Source of the DNA: Sulfitobacter sp.
GTDB taxonomy: Bacteria; Pseudomonadota; Alphaproteobacteria; Rhodobacterales; Rhodobacteraceae
NCBI GenBank assembly: GCA_047634585.1
Contig: JBLIAN010000014.1
Coordinates: 18,110 to 82,109 of the forward strand
DNA: 64,000 nucleotides
Reading direction: 5' to 3'
The position numbers were made by a program, and so were the translations under genes. The notes under the pieces are model-generated. The model worked only from the letters and a program-made list of their open reading frames with translations. It ran no database searches and was not told the origin of the DNA. How positions within the stretch are numbered: position 1 is the stretch's first letter; every line of letters begins with the position of its first letter. Positions 1 through 9,287 of this stretch are shown here, piece by piece.

Positions 1-1
1 T

Positions 2-682
2 GCGGCGGTTGCAGCGATGAAACCCTTTGACTGGCAAGAGATAGAACCGGACATCTGGATTTCGCGCACCGGATTTACCGGTGATCTGGGCTATGAGCTT
101 TGGGTGCCCGCATCCAAGGCGCTGGCACTTTGGGATCGGCTCTGGGCGGCGGGGGATCATTGGGGTCTGCGCGCCATCGGCTTTGAGGCGCTGAACCTGT
201 GCCGGATCGAAGCGGGGTTCATCGCCGCAGGTGTCGATTTCCAGCCCGTGCATGGGGCGATGCGCCTGCACCGGGGCCGCAGCCCGATTGAACTGGGCTT
301 TGGCAAGATGGTGCATTTTGACAAAGGCCATTTCAATGGCCGCCGCGCCTTGTTGAAACAGCGCGACACTGGTCAACGCTATGCTTTGGCCAAGATCGAC
401 ATTGCCGGTTTCAAACCCGCCGATGGGGCCTTGCTGTATCACCGCAAGAAAAAAGAGGTTGGCTTTGTGACCTCTGGTGTCTGGTCGCCCACCACCAAAC
501 GCAACATCGCTTTGGCCGAATTCAAAGCGCCTTATGGCATCGACATCCAGGATGATCTCTGGGCTGAAATCTATGTCAACGAAGAAGGGCAATGGGACAA
601 ACGACTGGTCCCCGTGACCCTGCAAGACAAACCGTTTTTCATCAATGACCGTGCGCGCGCCACGCCGCCACGGCCTTTTTGA
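2..682 (+). CDS. GcvT-family (folate-dependent aminomethyltransferase/demethylase-like) protein, C-terminal part; 5' end lies outside the window
   Basis: The frame is open from the window edge. The translation (TGFTGDLGYELWVP, CRIEAGF, FxGRRAL) resembles the C-terminal half of glycine-cleavage T / DmdA-type proteins. Recognised by eye only. Confidence 0.65.
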   Translation, partial: AAVAAMKPFDWQEIEPDIWISRTGFTGDLGYELWVPASKALALWDRLWAAGDHWGLRAIGFEALNLCRIEAGFIAAGVDFQPVHGAMRLHRGRSPIELGFGKMVHFDKGHFNGRRALLKQRDTGQRYALAKIDIAGFKPADGALLYHRKKKEVGFVTSGVWSPTTKRNIALAEFKAPYGIDIQDDLWAEIYVNEEGQWDKRLVPVTLQDKPFFINDRARATPPRPF

Positions 683-709
683 TCCAGACAGACAGATACG
701 GAGCCCGAT

Positions 710-2104
710 ATGACCAAGGCAAGCCCCCCCCTGCACAGCCGTGCCAACACCCCGTCCACCGAAACCATGACGCATTGGGACCGCAAACATCAGATCCACC
801 CCTGGGCGGCGATGGATGATTGGCGCGGCTATGACAATATGATGGTGGATACGGCCAAAGGCATCTATTTCTGGGATGCACAGGGCAAACGCTATATCGA
901 CGGCCCCGGCGGCATGTGGTGCAGCCAGATCGGCTATGGACGCCGCGAAATGGCCGATGCGATTGCCGATCAGGTGATCAAACTATCCTATACGTCGCCC
1001 TTTACCAATGCCACGGAACCTTCGGCGGTGCTGGCCAAAAAGATCGCAGATATGGCACCGGGGGATTTGAACAATGTGTTCTTTACCACGGGTGGCTCAA
1101 CCGCCGTGGATACCGCCCTGCGCACCATGCAATATCTCAACAACCGCCGTGGCATGCCCGGTAAAAAGATGATCCTTGCCCGCGAAAAAGGCTATCACGG
1201 CTCTACCTATCTGGCGCATTCCGTCACCGGCAAGGAACGCGACAAAAGCCATTTCGATTTTGAAACGCGGCTGGTGCATTTTCTGCCCGATGTGAATCCC
1301 TACCGCCGCCCCGAGGGCATGAGTGTGGCACAATGGTGCGATGCCAAGGTTGCCGATCTTGAGGCGGCGATTGCAGACCTTGGTGCGGATAAGATCGGGG
1401 CGTTCATTGCCGAACCGATCCTCAGTTCCGGCGGGGTGATCGTGCCCCCCGAAGGCTATCACAAACGCACATGGGAAATTTGCCGTGCCCATGACATTCT
1501 GTATATCTCTGACGAAGTTGTCACCGGGTTTGGCCGCTTGGGGCATTGGTTTGCCTCTGAATCGGTGTTTGGCATCGTGCCCGACATCATCACCTCGGCC
1601 AAGGGGCTGACCTCGGGTTATCTGCCCTTGGGGGCCTGCATCATTTCGGATCGGGTCATGGAACAGATGAGCGGCCTCGGCGAGGCGTCGTCTTTTACCA
1701 ATGGCTATACCTATTCGGCGCATCCGGTGTCCTGTGCAGCGGCCCTGAAAAACATCGAGATTTTTGAACGCGAAAACATTCTTGAGCATGTGCGTGCGGT
1801 CACACCGTTGTTTCAGGACCGTCTCAAGGCGCTGGCGCGGTTTGACATTGTCGGGGATGCGCGCGGCATGGGCTTGCTCGGCTGTGTCGAATGCAAGGCC
1901 GAAAACCTTGAGGCCGAACGCACCTTGGGTGCCCAGATAGATGCCGCCTGCGAAGCGCTCGGCCTGATGGTGCGGCCCTTGATCAACATGGCGGTTTTCT
2001 CGCCGCCGCTGATCATCACCAAAGCCGAAATCAACGAGATGTTCGATATTCTGGAACAGGCGTTGGAAAAGGTCTCTGCCGACCTGGCACATCATGCGGC
2101 CTAG
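710..2104 (+). CDS. Class III PLP-dependent aminotransferase (omega-transaminase, putrescine/beta-alanine-pyruvate type)
   Basis: 464 aa. Has [25 protein letters not shown], the [14 protein letters not shown] motif and a [13 protein letters not shown] lysine region. ACGGAG Shine-Dalgarno lies upstream of the ATG at 710. Confidence 0.85.
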   Translation: MTKASPPLHSRANTPSTETMTHWDRKHQIHPWAAMDDWRGYDNMMVDTAKGIYFWDAQGKRYIDGPGGMWCSQIGYGRREMADAIADQVIKLSYTSPFTNATEPSAVLAKKIADMAPGDLNNVFFTTGGSTAVDTALRTMQYLNNRRGMPGKKMILAREKGYHGSTYLAHSVTGKERDKSHFDFETRLVHFLPDVNPYRRPEGMSVAQWCDAKVADLEAAIADLGADKIGAFIAEPILSSGGVIVPPEGYHKRTWEICRAHDILYISDEVVTGFGRLGHWFASESVFGIVPDIITSAKGLTSGYLPLGACIISDRVMEQMSGLGEASSFTNGYTYSAHPVSCAAALKNIEIFERENILEHVRAVTPLFQDRLKALARFDIVGDARGMGLLGCVECKAENLEAERTLGAQIDAACEALGLMVRPLINMAVFSPPLIITKAEINEMFDILEQALEKVSADLAHHAA

Positions 2105-2236
2105 GATGTCGTCATGGCCCAAACTTATTTGAGCGCTCAATTAAACCTTGTATCAATACAAGATGCCGTTACACTTTTGACTGGTCCTGTTCTGAAAATG
2201 GGGAACGAGACCCTAAAAACGAACAGGGAGATATGA

Positions 2237-3301
2237 ATGTATAATTTCAAAAAGACCGCTACAGCCGCGATGGCCGTTGTGGCCCTCACTGGTAGCATTG
2301 CCGTTGCTGATGACGCGGAACTGACGGTTTTTGACTGGGCCGGATACGAAGACCCCGCGTTCTTTTCAGCCTATACCGAAAAATACGGCGACAGCCCGAC
2401 ATTTGCATTTTTTGGCGACGAGGAAGAAGCCTTTCAAAAACTGCGCTCGGGCTTTCATGCGGATGCAGCACATCCGTGTTCGCAATCCGTCCCGAAATGG
2501 ATCGAAGCCGGGTTGCTGGCCCCCATCGACACCAGCCGCATCCCCCGTTGGGATGAACTGGAAGCCTCGTTCAGCGAAATCGACGCCTACAAAAAAGACG
2601 GCGATCACTACTTTGTTCCGGTGGATTGGGGCAATACCGCGATTGTCTATAACACCGACAAGCTGAGCGAAGCTGATCTGGGCTCGCTTCAGGTTTTTGC
2701 AGACCCCAAATATCAAGGCCGCATTTCCATTGGTGATAATGTCGATGACGCCTATGCGCTGGCGTTTCTGGCGACAGGTGTCAAAGACTGGACCTCGGCA
2801 ACGGATGAACAATTTCAGGCCGCCTCGGCGTTCTTGCGCAAGGTACATCCAAATGTCCGTGCCTATTGGGCGGATGGTGCATCGCTGGCGCAGCTGATGC
2901 AAAGCGGCGAAGTCCTGATGGCTTGGGCGTGGAATGAAACCTTTTCAACCATGAGCTATGAAGGTCACCCGATCGGCATGACCCGCAACATGGATGAAGG
3001 GTCATCCAGCTGGGTTTGCGGTTATACACGGCTGGCCGATGGTGAAGGATCAGAAGACAAATTCTATGATTTCATCAATGCCTGGCTGGAACCAGAAACC
3101 GCAGAATACCTTGTTTCGGCATGGGGATACGGGCACAGTAACGCTGTGGCAATGGCAGCGATGAACAGTGATGATCTGGCCGCTGTGGGTCTTGACAGCA
3201 CCGAGGCACACCGCGCCAATACCCTGTGGCAGGCCCCTGTACCCGCTGCAATCCGTGAAAAAATGATTGCCGAGTTCGAGCTGATCAAAGCCGGTTTCTA
3301 A
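2237..3301 (+). CDS. ABC transporter periplasmic substrate-binding protein, PotD/PotF (polyamine-type) family
   Basis: N-terminal signal peptide (AMAVVALTGSIAVA). The length and sequence are typical of spermidine/putrescine-type binding proteins. AGGGAG RBS present. Confidence 0.8.
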   Translation: MYNFKKTATAAMAVVALTGSIAVADDAELTVFDWAGYEDPAFFSAYTEKYGDSPTFAFFGDEEEAFQKLRSGFHADAAHPCSQSVPKWIEAGLLAPIDTSRIPRWDELEASFSEIDAYKKDGDHYFVPVDWGNTAIVYNTDKLSEADLGSLQVFADPKYQGRISIGDNVDDAYALAFLATGVKDWTSATDEQFQAASAFLRKVHPNVRAYWADGASLAQLMQSGEVLMAWAWNETFSTMSYEGHPIGMTRNMDEGSSSWVCGYTRLADGEGSEDKFYDFINAWLEPETAEYLVSAWGYGHSNAVAMAAMNSDDLAAVGLDSTEAHRANTLWQAPVPAAIREKMIAEFELIKAGF

Positions 3302-3321
3302 CCGCTGCTTTCCATTTCCAG

Positions 3322-3357
3322 ATCCAACGCCCCGTTGTTGTCAGCGCGGCGTTGGAT
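3322..3357 (+). terminator. Stem-loop between convergent genes (ATCCAACGCC ... GGCGTTGGAT)
   Basis: Perfect 10-bp inverted repeat with a 16-nt loop, 20 nt after the stop codon at 3301. Confidence 0.45.
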
Positions 3358-3466
3358 GTTCACAGAGGCCGCCGGGTGAAAGATATCCTGCGCCCCGGAG
3401 CGCTTCGGAAAAGCTGATACGGGTCTGGTCATACAGATCTTGCGGCGCTGGCATTTTGCCCCCTGT

Positions 3467-4705
3467 TCAGGTCAGGGTTTCAAGATAGGCCTCGATGAAC
3501 CGCTGGGTAAAGCTTTCCATGTCCACCAGCGGTCCGGGTTGGTAAAATTTCGAATTCACCCCCCGCTGGTTGTTTTCGATGATCTGCTTGTCGGCAATGG
3601 TTGTCACATCCCAGAGCCACTTCAAACGCTCCAGATCATAATCCCGCCCCGCCTGTGCATCCTCATGCACCAACCAGATGATTTCCTGAATCGAGGTCTC
3701 TTTGTCCACGGGGACAAACCGGTAGAGCATCACATGATCGCAATAGACCAGCATCGGATTGAGGATACCCACATAGACATCCGAGGCACCGCTGTCATAT
3801 CCGCTGAGATCGCCCAGCAAGGGTGCCAACGCGGCGCCATCCGCGCTGCCTGTCAGAAACCCGTCAAAAAGCGCATAGCGGTTATAGGAATAATCCGGCG
3901 ATCCATCGGGCCGTTTCACGCCGGTCCGGTCCAGATAGGCCCGCGGCACACCCGCAGATTTGGATCGTGTGTCCATCTCGGCATTCAGGGGGGCCACGCG
4001 ATCAGCATCCATATGGATCACATGTGAGCGGGCAAATTCGGGATGTGCCGCGGTACAATGATAACATTCATTGTAATTCTCGACGAGCAGCTTCCAGTTC
4101 GCCCCCACTGGATAGTTTTCGCGATGCGCAATTTTGGTCCGCTCCAGCCCGAAAGGTGCAAGGATCGGGTCAAGCTCGCGGCGCAGGGTGGCAAAACTGC
4201 TGGGATTTTCTGACAGCGACACATAGATCAGCCCATGAAACACCTCGACGGCGACGGGTTTCAGGCCCAATGTGCTGCGGTCGTGTTTTTCATCCAGCAT
4301 CCTTGCGCTGAACAGGCTACCGTCCAGATTGAACACCCATGCGTGATAGGGACAGGTAAAGCGTCTGGTGTTGCCGCGCGGTTCAAGACAGACCCGCGAT
4401 CCGCGATGGCGACAGACATTGGCCAGCGCCCGTACCCTGCCCGCTTTGCCGCGCACAATGATGATACTTTCTGCCAGCAGTTCGAACAGGAAATAATCCC
4501 CCTCGTTCGGGATTTCGCTCAGATGGCCGGCCAGTTGCCATTCCTGATGGAACACATTTTCCATGTCTTTGGCAAAGATCGCAGATGACCGGTAAAACGC
4601 CTGTTGCAAGGCAAAGCCCGGCTGATGCGCAGCGACCAGCGCGGCAATATCAAGGGGCTGATCGGCGCGGCTGTCGCGGTGCGTCTTTTCCGGTTGACCG
4701 ATCAT
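3467..4705 (-). CDS. Rieske [2Fe-2S] non-heme-iron oxygenase, alpha (catalytic) subunit, GbcA/ring-hydroxylating-like
   Basis: Rieske motif CRHRGSRVC...CPYHAW. Mononuclear iron motif NECYHCTAAH (H-x4-H). Its start codon overlaps the upstream ATPase stop (ATGA at 4702-4705). Confidence 0.85.
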   Translation of the reverse strand: MIGQPEKTHRDSRADQPLDIAALVAAHQPGFALQQAFYRSSAIFAKDMENVFHQEWQLAGHLSEIPNEGDYFLFELLAESIIIVRGKAGRVRALANVCRHRGSRVCLEPRGNTRRFTCPYHAWVFNLDGSLFSARMLDEKHDRSTLGLKPVAVEVFHGLIYVSLSENPSSFATLRRELDPILAPFGLERTKIAHRENYPVGANWKLLVENYNECYHCTAAHPEFARSHVIHMDADRVAPLNAEMDTRSKSAGVPRAYLDRTGVKRPDGSPDYSYNRYALFDGFLTGSADGAALAPLLGDLSGYDSGASDVYVGILNPMLVYCDHVMLYRFVPVDKETSIQEIIWLVHEDAQAGRDYDLERLKWLWDVTTIADKQIIENNQRGVNSKFYQPGPLVDMESFTQRFIEAYLETLT

Positions 4706-5799
4706 TCAAACACCACCACGGATTCCGCGCCCCAGCCGATCCTCACCGGGCTTCCCGGCGTGGCGATAGAGCGGCCTGCGGTATTGCGCATCGAAATGGT
4801 GACCAGGTCTTGCTGTTCGGGCAAAAGCACGCTGTAATAGGTCATATCACCATAATAATCACTGCTGACGACTTCGCCCGCGACTTCGTTTTCGGCGGTG
4901 TCAGCCGCATCGAACAACAGCGTCAACATTTCCGGCCGGATGCCGACCTTGTTGATCTCGGCAGGATTGACACCCTCGGGCAGCGCCGAAAACGGCAGCG
5001 TGACCTGACCCAAAGCGGAAATATCCAGGGTGACCCCCGTATCAGCAGTGGTTGTCACCGAGGCCGCAAGAAAGTTCATCACCCCGATAAACGAGGCAAC
5101 CCGTTGGGTTGCGGGGCGGCGGTACAGGTCTTCGGGGGCGGCAAGCTGTGCGATTTCGCCCTCAAACATCACCGCAATCCGGTCCGACATGATCAGGGCT
5201 TCTTCCTGATCATGGGTCACCAGAATAAAGGTAATGCCCAGCGTTTTTTGCAATTCCCGCAGTTCCACCTGCATTTGATCGCGCAGTTTCTTGTCCAGTG
5301 CCGACAGGGGCTCATCCAGCAAGATCACCTTGGGGCGCATCACCAAGGCCCGCGCCAAAGCGACCCGCTGGCGTTGACCGCCCGACAATTCATGCGCCGC
5401 GCGCCGGCCATATCCGGCCAGATCAACCATCGCGAGCGCTTCGTCCACTTCGCGCGTGATCTGCGCCTTGGGCAGTTTTTTGGTTTTCAACCCATAGCCG
5501 ACATTTTCGGAGACGCTGAGATGCGGAAAAATCGCATAGCTTTGAAACACCATATTGGTGGGGCGCTGGTTGGCGGCGATGCCATCCATCGCCTGACCGT
5601 CGATGGTGATGGTTCCCGAACTAGGTGGCTCGAACCCTGCGATCATCCGCAGCAGCGTGGTTTTGCCACAACCCGAAGGCCCCAGCAGCGAGAAAAATTC
5701 GCCCTCGCGGATATCGGCATTGATGCCTTTGAGCGCCTCGAAAGACCCAAAGTTCTTGCGCAGATTGCGCAGTTCGATAATGGGGCGCTGGCCTGACAT
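4702..5799 (-). CDS. ABC transporter ATP-binding protein, PotA-like
   Basis: Walker A GPSGCGKTT, signature LSGGQRQR, Walker B ILLDEP. Start chosen at MSGQRPIIELRNL (5799). The longer ORF reaching 5868 would overlap the upstream permease. Confidence 0.9.
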   Translation of the reverse strand: MSGQRPIIELRNLRKNFGSFEALKGINADIREGEFFSLLGPSGCGKTTLLRMIAGFEPPSSGTITIDGQAMDGIAANQRPTNMVFQSYAIFPHLSVSENVGYGLKTKKLPKAQITREVDEALAMVDLAGYGRRAAHELSGGQRQRVALARALVMRPKVILLDEPLSALDKKLRDQMQVELRELQKTLGITFILVTHDQEEALIMSDRIAVMFEGEIAQLAAPEDLYRRPATQRVASFIGVMNFLAASVTTTADTGVTLDISALGQVTLPFSALPEGVNPAEINKVGIRPEMLTLLFDAADTAENEVAGEVVSSDYYGDMTYYSVLLPEQQDLVTISMRNTAGRSIATPGSPVRIGWGAESVVVFE

Positions 5800-5801
5800 G
5801 T

Positions 5802-6626
5802 TTATACGAAACCTTCCGTTGAGGATGTGTTCTTGCCCTGACGCCGCGCGGCCCGGCGCCGGAACCATTCCGCCACCACCAGCAACCCGACAGACAGCGC
5901 CAGCAGGAGTGTCCCCAGCGCCATCACCGAGGGCAGTTTGGTGGGAAAGCGCAGCTGGCTCCAGATATAGACCGGCAGGGTGGCATCGGTGCCGGTCAGG
6001 AAAAATGCGATGATGAATTCATCCAGCGAGATCGTAAAGCAGATCAGCAAACTGGAAATCACCCCCGGCATCACCAGCGGCAGGGTGATGCGCCGGAAAG
6101 TACCCCAGCGGCTTTCGCCCAGATCAAAGGAGGCCTCTTCGAGGCTTTGATCCAGCCCGGCAAAAGCCGAGCTCAGGATGGCAATGGAAAACGGCGTGCA
6201 GATCAACACATGCCCCGCCACCACCGTCCAAAGTGACAGCGACAGCCCCAGTTGCATCAGCATCACAATCAGCGACACCGCGACGATGATCTCAGGCAGG
6301 ACCAGCGGCAGCATGATAAAGCCGACAATGCCCTTTTGCGCCGGAAACCGGTAGCGCGCCGCGGCCCGCGCCGCGCAGGCCCCCAAAAAGGTACTGACCA
6401 TCGCCGTGCTGAGGGCAACAAGTGCCGAATTGCCGACAGCATGATGCAGCGCATCTGTGGTCCAGAGGACCGTGAACCACTGTGTGGTGAAGCCACTGAG
6501 CGGAAAGGCGATAATCGTTGCGTCATTAAAGGCAAACAGCGGCAGCAGGATCACCGGCGCATAGAGGAAAACCATATAGGTCACCGCATAGATGGTCAGC
6601 CATTTCGGGGACATTGCGCGCCTCAC
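5802..6626 (-). CDS. ABC transporter permease, PotC-like
   Basis: Multi-TM protein with an EAA-like loop (LEEASFDLGESRWGTFRRITLP). Tightly packed between the other transporter genes. Confidence 0.85.
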   Translation of the reverse strand: MRRAMSPKWLTIYAVTYMVFLYAPVILLPLFAFNDATIIAFPLSGFTTQWFTVLWTTDALHHAVGNSALVALSTAMVSTFLGACAARAAARYRFPAQKGIVGFIMLPLVLPEIIVAVSLIVMLMQLGLSLSLWTVVAGHVLICTPFSIAILSSAFAGLDQSLEEASFDLGESRWGTFRRITLPLVMPGVISSLLICFTISLDEFIIAFFLTGTDATLPVYIWSQLRFPTKLPSVMALGTLLLALSVGLLVVAEWFRRRAARRQGKNTSSTEGFV

Positions 6627-7492
6627 CTTGCCACCTTTCCGCCGATTTTACGGCCGATCAGGTAAATGCCGATGCTGATCAGCGCCACCACCACCATTGA
6701 TGTCACCGCCAGCGCCGCACCCAGCGGGGCGTTATTGGCCTTGCCGAATTGTATCTGGATCATATTCGCCACCATCAGCCCGTCGGTGCCGCCCACCAGT
6801 TTGGGCGTGATGAAATCCCCCACTGTCGGGATCAGCACAATCAGGGTTGCCGCCACCACACCGGGGATCGCCAATGGAAATGTCACACGCCAGAAACGCC
6901 GGAACGGCCCATCACCCAGGTCTTCTGCCGCTTCCAGCAGGGAACGATCGATCTTTTCCAAGGCGACAAAGATCGGCAGGATCGCAAAAGGCGCCCAGGC
7001 ATGGGCAAGGGTCAGCACCACCGCATTGGCGTTATAAAGGATAAAAGTCAGCGGCTCGTCGATCAGGCCCAGCTGCAACAGCGCGGTGTTCAAGACCCCG
7101 TTATAGCCAAGGATCACCTTCCACAGGAACACCCGCAACAGATAGCTGGTCCAGAACGGCACCGTGATCAGAAACAGCCACAGCGCCTTGTGCTGTTTGA
7201 CATGAAACGACAGGTAATAGGCCACGGGAAACGCCAGCACCACCGTGGCAAAGGTCACAATCAGCGAAATCCGCAAGGACCGCCACAGCAGGGTTTTATA
7301 GATCGGCTGGCTGAAGACCTCGGCATAATTTGCCCATGTCAGGGTCCGGTCGATGTCCAGATAGTTCTGGGTCCAGAAACTAAAGGTCACAACCATCACC
7401 AAAGGCGCTGCCAGCATGATCAGCGCATACCCGAACGGCAGGCCGATCAGGGTCAGCCCCTGCCGGTCTTCGCGGCTCAGGAATCTTGCCAC
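6623..7492 (-). CDS. ABC transporter permease, PotB-like
   Basis: Multi-TM protein with an EAA loop (LLEAAEDLGDGPFRRFWRVTFP). Overlaps the next gene by 4 nt. Confidence 0.85.
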   Translation of the reverse strand: MARFLSREDRQGLTLIGLPFGYALIMLAAPLVMVVTFSFWTQNYLDIDRTLTWANYAEVFSQPIYKTLLWRSLRISLIVTFATVVLAFPVAYYLSFHVKQHKALWLFLITVPFWTSYLLRVFLWKVILGYNGVLNTALLQLGLIDEPLTFILYNANAVVLTLAHAWAPFAILPIFVALEKIDRSLLEAAEDLGDGPFRRFWRVTFPLAIPGVVAATLIVLIPTVGDFITPKLVGGTDGLMVANMIQIQFGKANNAPLGAALAVTSMVVVALISIGIYLIGRKIGGKVAR

Positions 7493-7493
7493 G

Positions 7494-8702
7494 TCACCCC
7501 ACCTGCGTTTCGGCAGACAAAAGCGCGGCGTTGCGGGTTTGCAACCCGCCTGTTGGCGGCTCGTCTTCTTTCAGCACCGGAAACAACACCCGCAGGGCAT
7601 CGTGATAGGTTTTCACCCCGTATTCCAGATCCGACAGCACCACCCCGTCATAGCCCGAGGAAAACGCCGCCTCCCATGTCCATTCGATCAATTGTTCGTC
7701 TTCTTTGCTGGTCAAACGGTCAATCCGCATGCTGAGGTACCGTGCCAACCGCATCCGGCGGTCTTCGTCCTTGTGACGATAGGTGGCACCGCGCTGGATC
7801 GTCTTGCCATTGGCCAGTGGAAATTCGTGATAGAAAATCACACTGTCAGGATAGAGCCCGAAAACCAGATTGGGGAACATGCCGAGGTAAAGCCACGCAT
7901 GTTTATGATCCGCATCCAGCTGCGCGGGGGGCTCCAGAATGGTTTTGTAATTCTGCACAGACCACAGCCGTGCATCCCCGTCACGGAACTTGGAAAAGGA
8001 CCGCGACGTGCCGTGTTGGAAAGGTTCGTCATAATAATTTTTGCCAAACAGGTCCGCAAGGCCGGGATGTGCCATCGGTACATGATAGCCCTCGTTGTCT
8101 ACATCCCGCACACATTTCCAGTTCGCCTCGATTTCGGTGGTCCAGAAGCCGTTTCCATCCGGCACCATATCCGCAAGGTCATATTGCGCAAGCTCCGGCG
8201 CAAACCGCGCCATCACTTCGGCCACCGAAGGCTGCGGGCCGGGTTTGAAGCGCACAAACACAAAGCCGTTCCAGATCTCCATTTCCAGCGGCTTTAGCCC
8301 CATCTTGACCGGATCCATCTTGGGCAACGAGGCGGGCTGCGCCACCCCGCGCAATGTCCCGTCAAGATTATAGGCCCAGCCATGAAACGGACAGATCACC
8401 GCAGATTTGCAAGTGCCCGATGATTCCGCCACCACCCGCGATCCACGATGACGGCACAGGTTATGAAAGGCCCGCACGACATCATCCTGTCCGCGCAGTA
8501 CCAAGGCCCGTTCGCCGACAAAATCAAGGGTGATAAAATCGCCCGCATCGGGAAGATCATTCACATGGCACACCGCCTGCCAATGACTGCGGAAAAGCAC
8601 GTCTTTTTCCAGTGCCAGCATTTCTTCACTGAAGAAGCTCCATGCTGGCAATCCTGTCCGGTCCCAATCCTCTGGGGGTGCCGCCTGCGAAGTTGTCGTC
8701 AT
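7494..8702 (-). CDS. Rieske [2Fe-2S] non-heme-iron oxygenase, alpha subunit (second paralogue)
   Basis: CRHRGSRVV...CPFHGW and NEGYHVPMAH (H-x4-H). Start set at MTTTSQ (8702); the ORF is open to 8750. Confidence 0.85.
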   Translation of the reverse strand: MTTTSQAAPPEDWDRTGLPAWSFFSEEMLALEKDVLFRSHWQAVCHVNDLPDAGDFITLDFVGERALVLRGQDDVVRAFHNLCRHRGSRVVAESSGTCKSAVICPFHGWAYNLDGTLRGVAQPASLPKMDPVKMGLKPLEMEIWNGFVFVRFKPGPQPSVAEVMARFAPELAQYDLADMVPDGNGFWTTEIEANWKCVRDVDNEGYHVPMAHPGLADLFGKNYYDEPFQHGTSRSFSKFRDGDARLWSVQNYKTILEPPAQLDADHKHAWLYLGMFPNLVFGLYPDSVIFYHEFPLANGKTIQRGATYRHKDEDRRMRLARYLSMRIDRLTSKEDEQLIEWTWEAAFSSGYDGVVLSDLEYGVKTYHDALRVLFPVLKEDEPPTGGLQTRNAALLSAETQVG

Positions 8703-8879
8703 CTGCCGATACCTTCTGTAACCATCCGTGTGTTTCGCCCAGGCTATCAATTTATATCTGAGCGCTCAAACAAAATTTTCAGAAAAGGCCGATATTCGCA
8801 AAAACAGTCACACCACGCGCCTGCCCTGGCTGTCGCCACCCCATGAACCAAGCGGTTTGCCTGTATTTTATACGTGATC

Positions 8880-9275
8880 CTAAGCTGCGGGAAATTCTTT
8901 TAGCCGGTCCAGGATCGGGCACTCCGGGCGGTCATCCCCGGCACATTCCCGCACCAGATGGGTCAGGGTGTCTCGAATGGCCTGTAAATCCGCAATCTTG
9001 TTTTCGATCTGCGCCAGATGGTCTTTGGCGATGGCACGGACATCGGCGCTGGCGCGGTCCTGATCATCCCAAAGCGCCAGCAGATTGCGACAATCCTCAA
9101 TGGTAAAACCCAAAGCCCGCGCACGGCCCAGAAACGCCAGTTTATGCATGTCACTGTCGCGAAAGCTGCGATAGCCATTGGCATCACGCAGCGGTGTCAC
9201 CAGACCGATATCTTCGTAATAGCGGATGGTTTTGGCCGGCAGGCCCGCGCGTTTGGACGCGTCACCAATGTTCAT
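8880..9275 (-). CDS. cueR: MerR-family Cu(I)-responsive transcriptional regulator (CueR/HmrR type)
   Basis: N-terminal MerR helix-turn-helix (MNIGDASKRAGLPAKTIRYYEDIGL). C-terminal Cys pair C-x7-C (CAGDDRPEC). Lies directly downstream of copA. Confidence 0.8.
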   Translation of the reverse strand: MNIGDASKRAGLPAKTIRYYEDIGLVTPLRDANGYRSFRDSDMHKLAFLGRARALGFTIEDCRNLLALWDDQDRASADVRAIAKDHLAQIENKIADLQAIRDTLTHLVRECAGDDRPECPILDRLKEFPAA

Positions 9276-9287
9276 CTGTTTCCCTTC

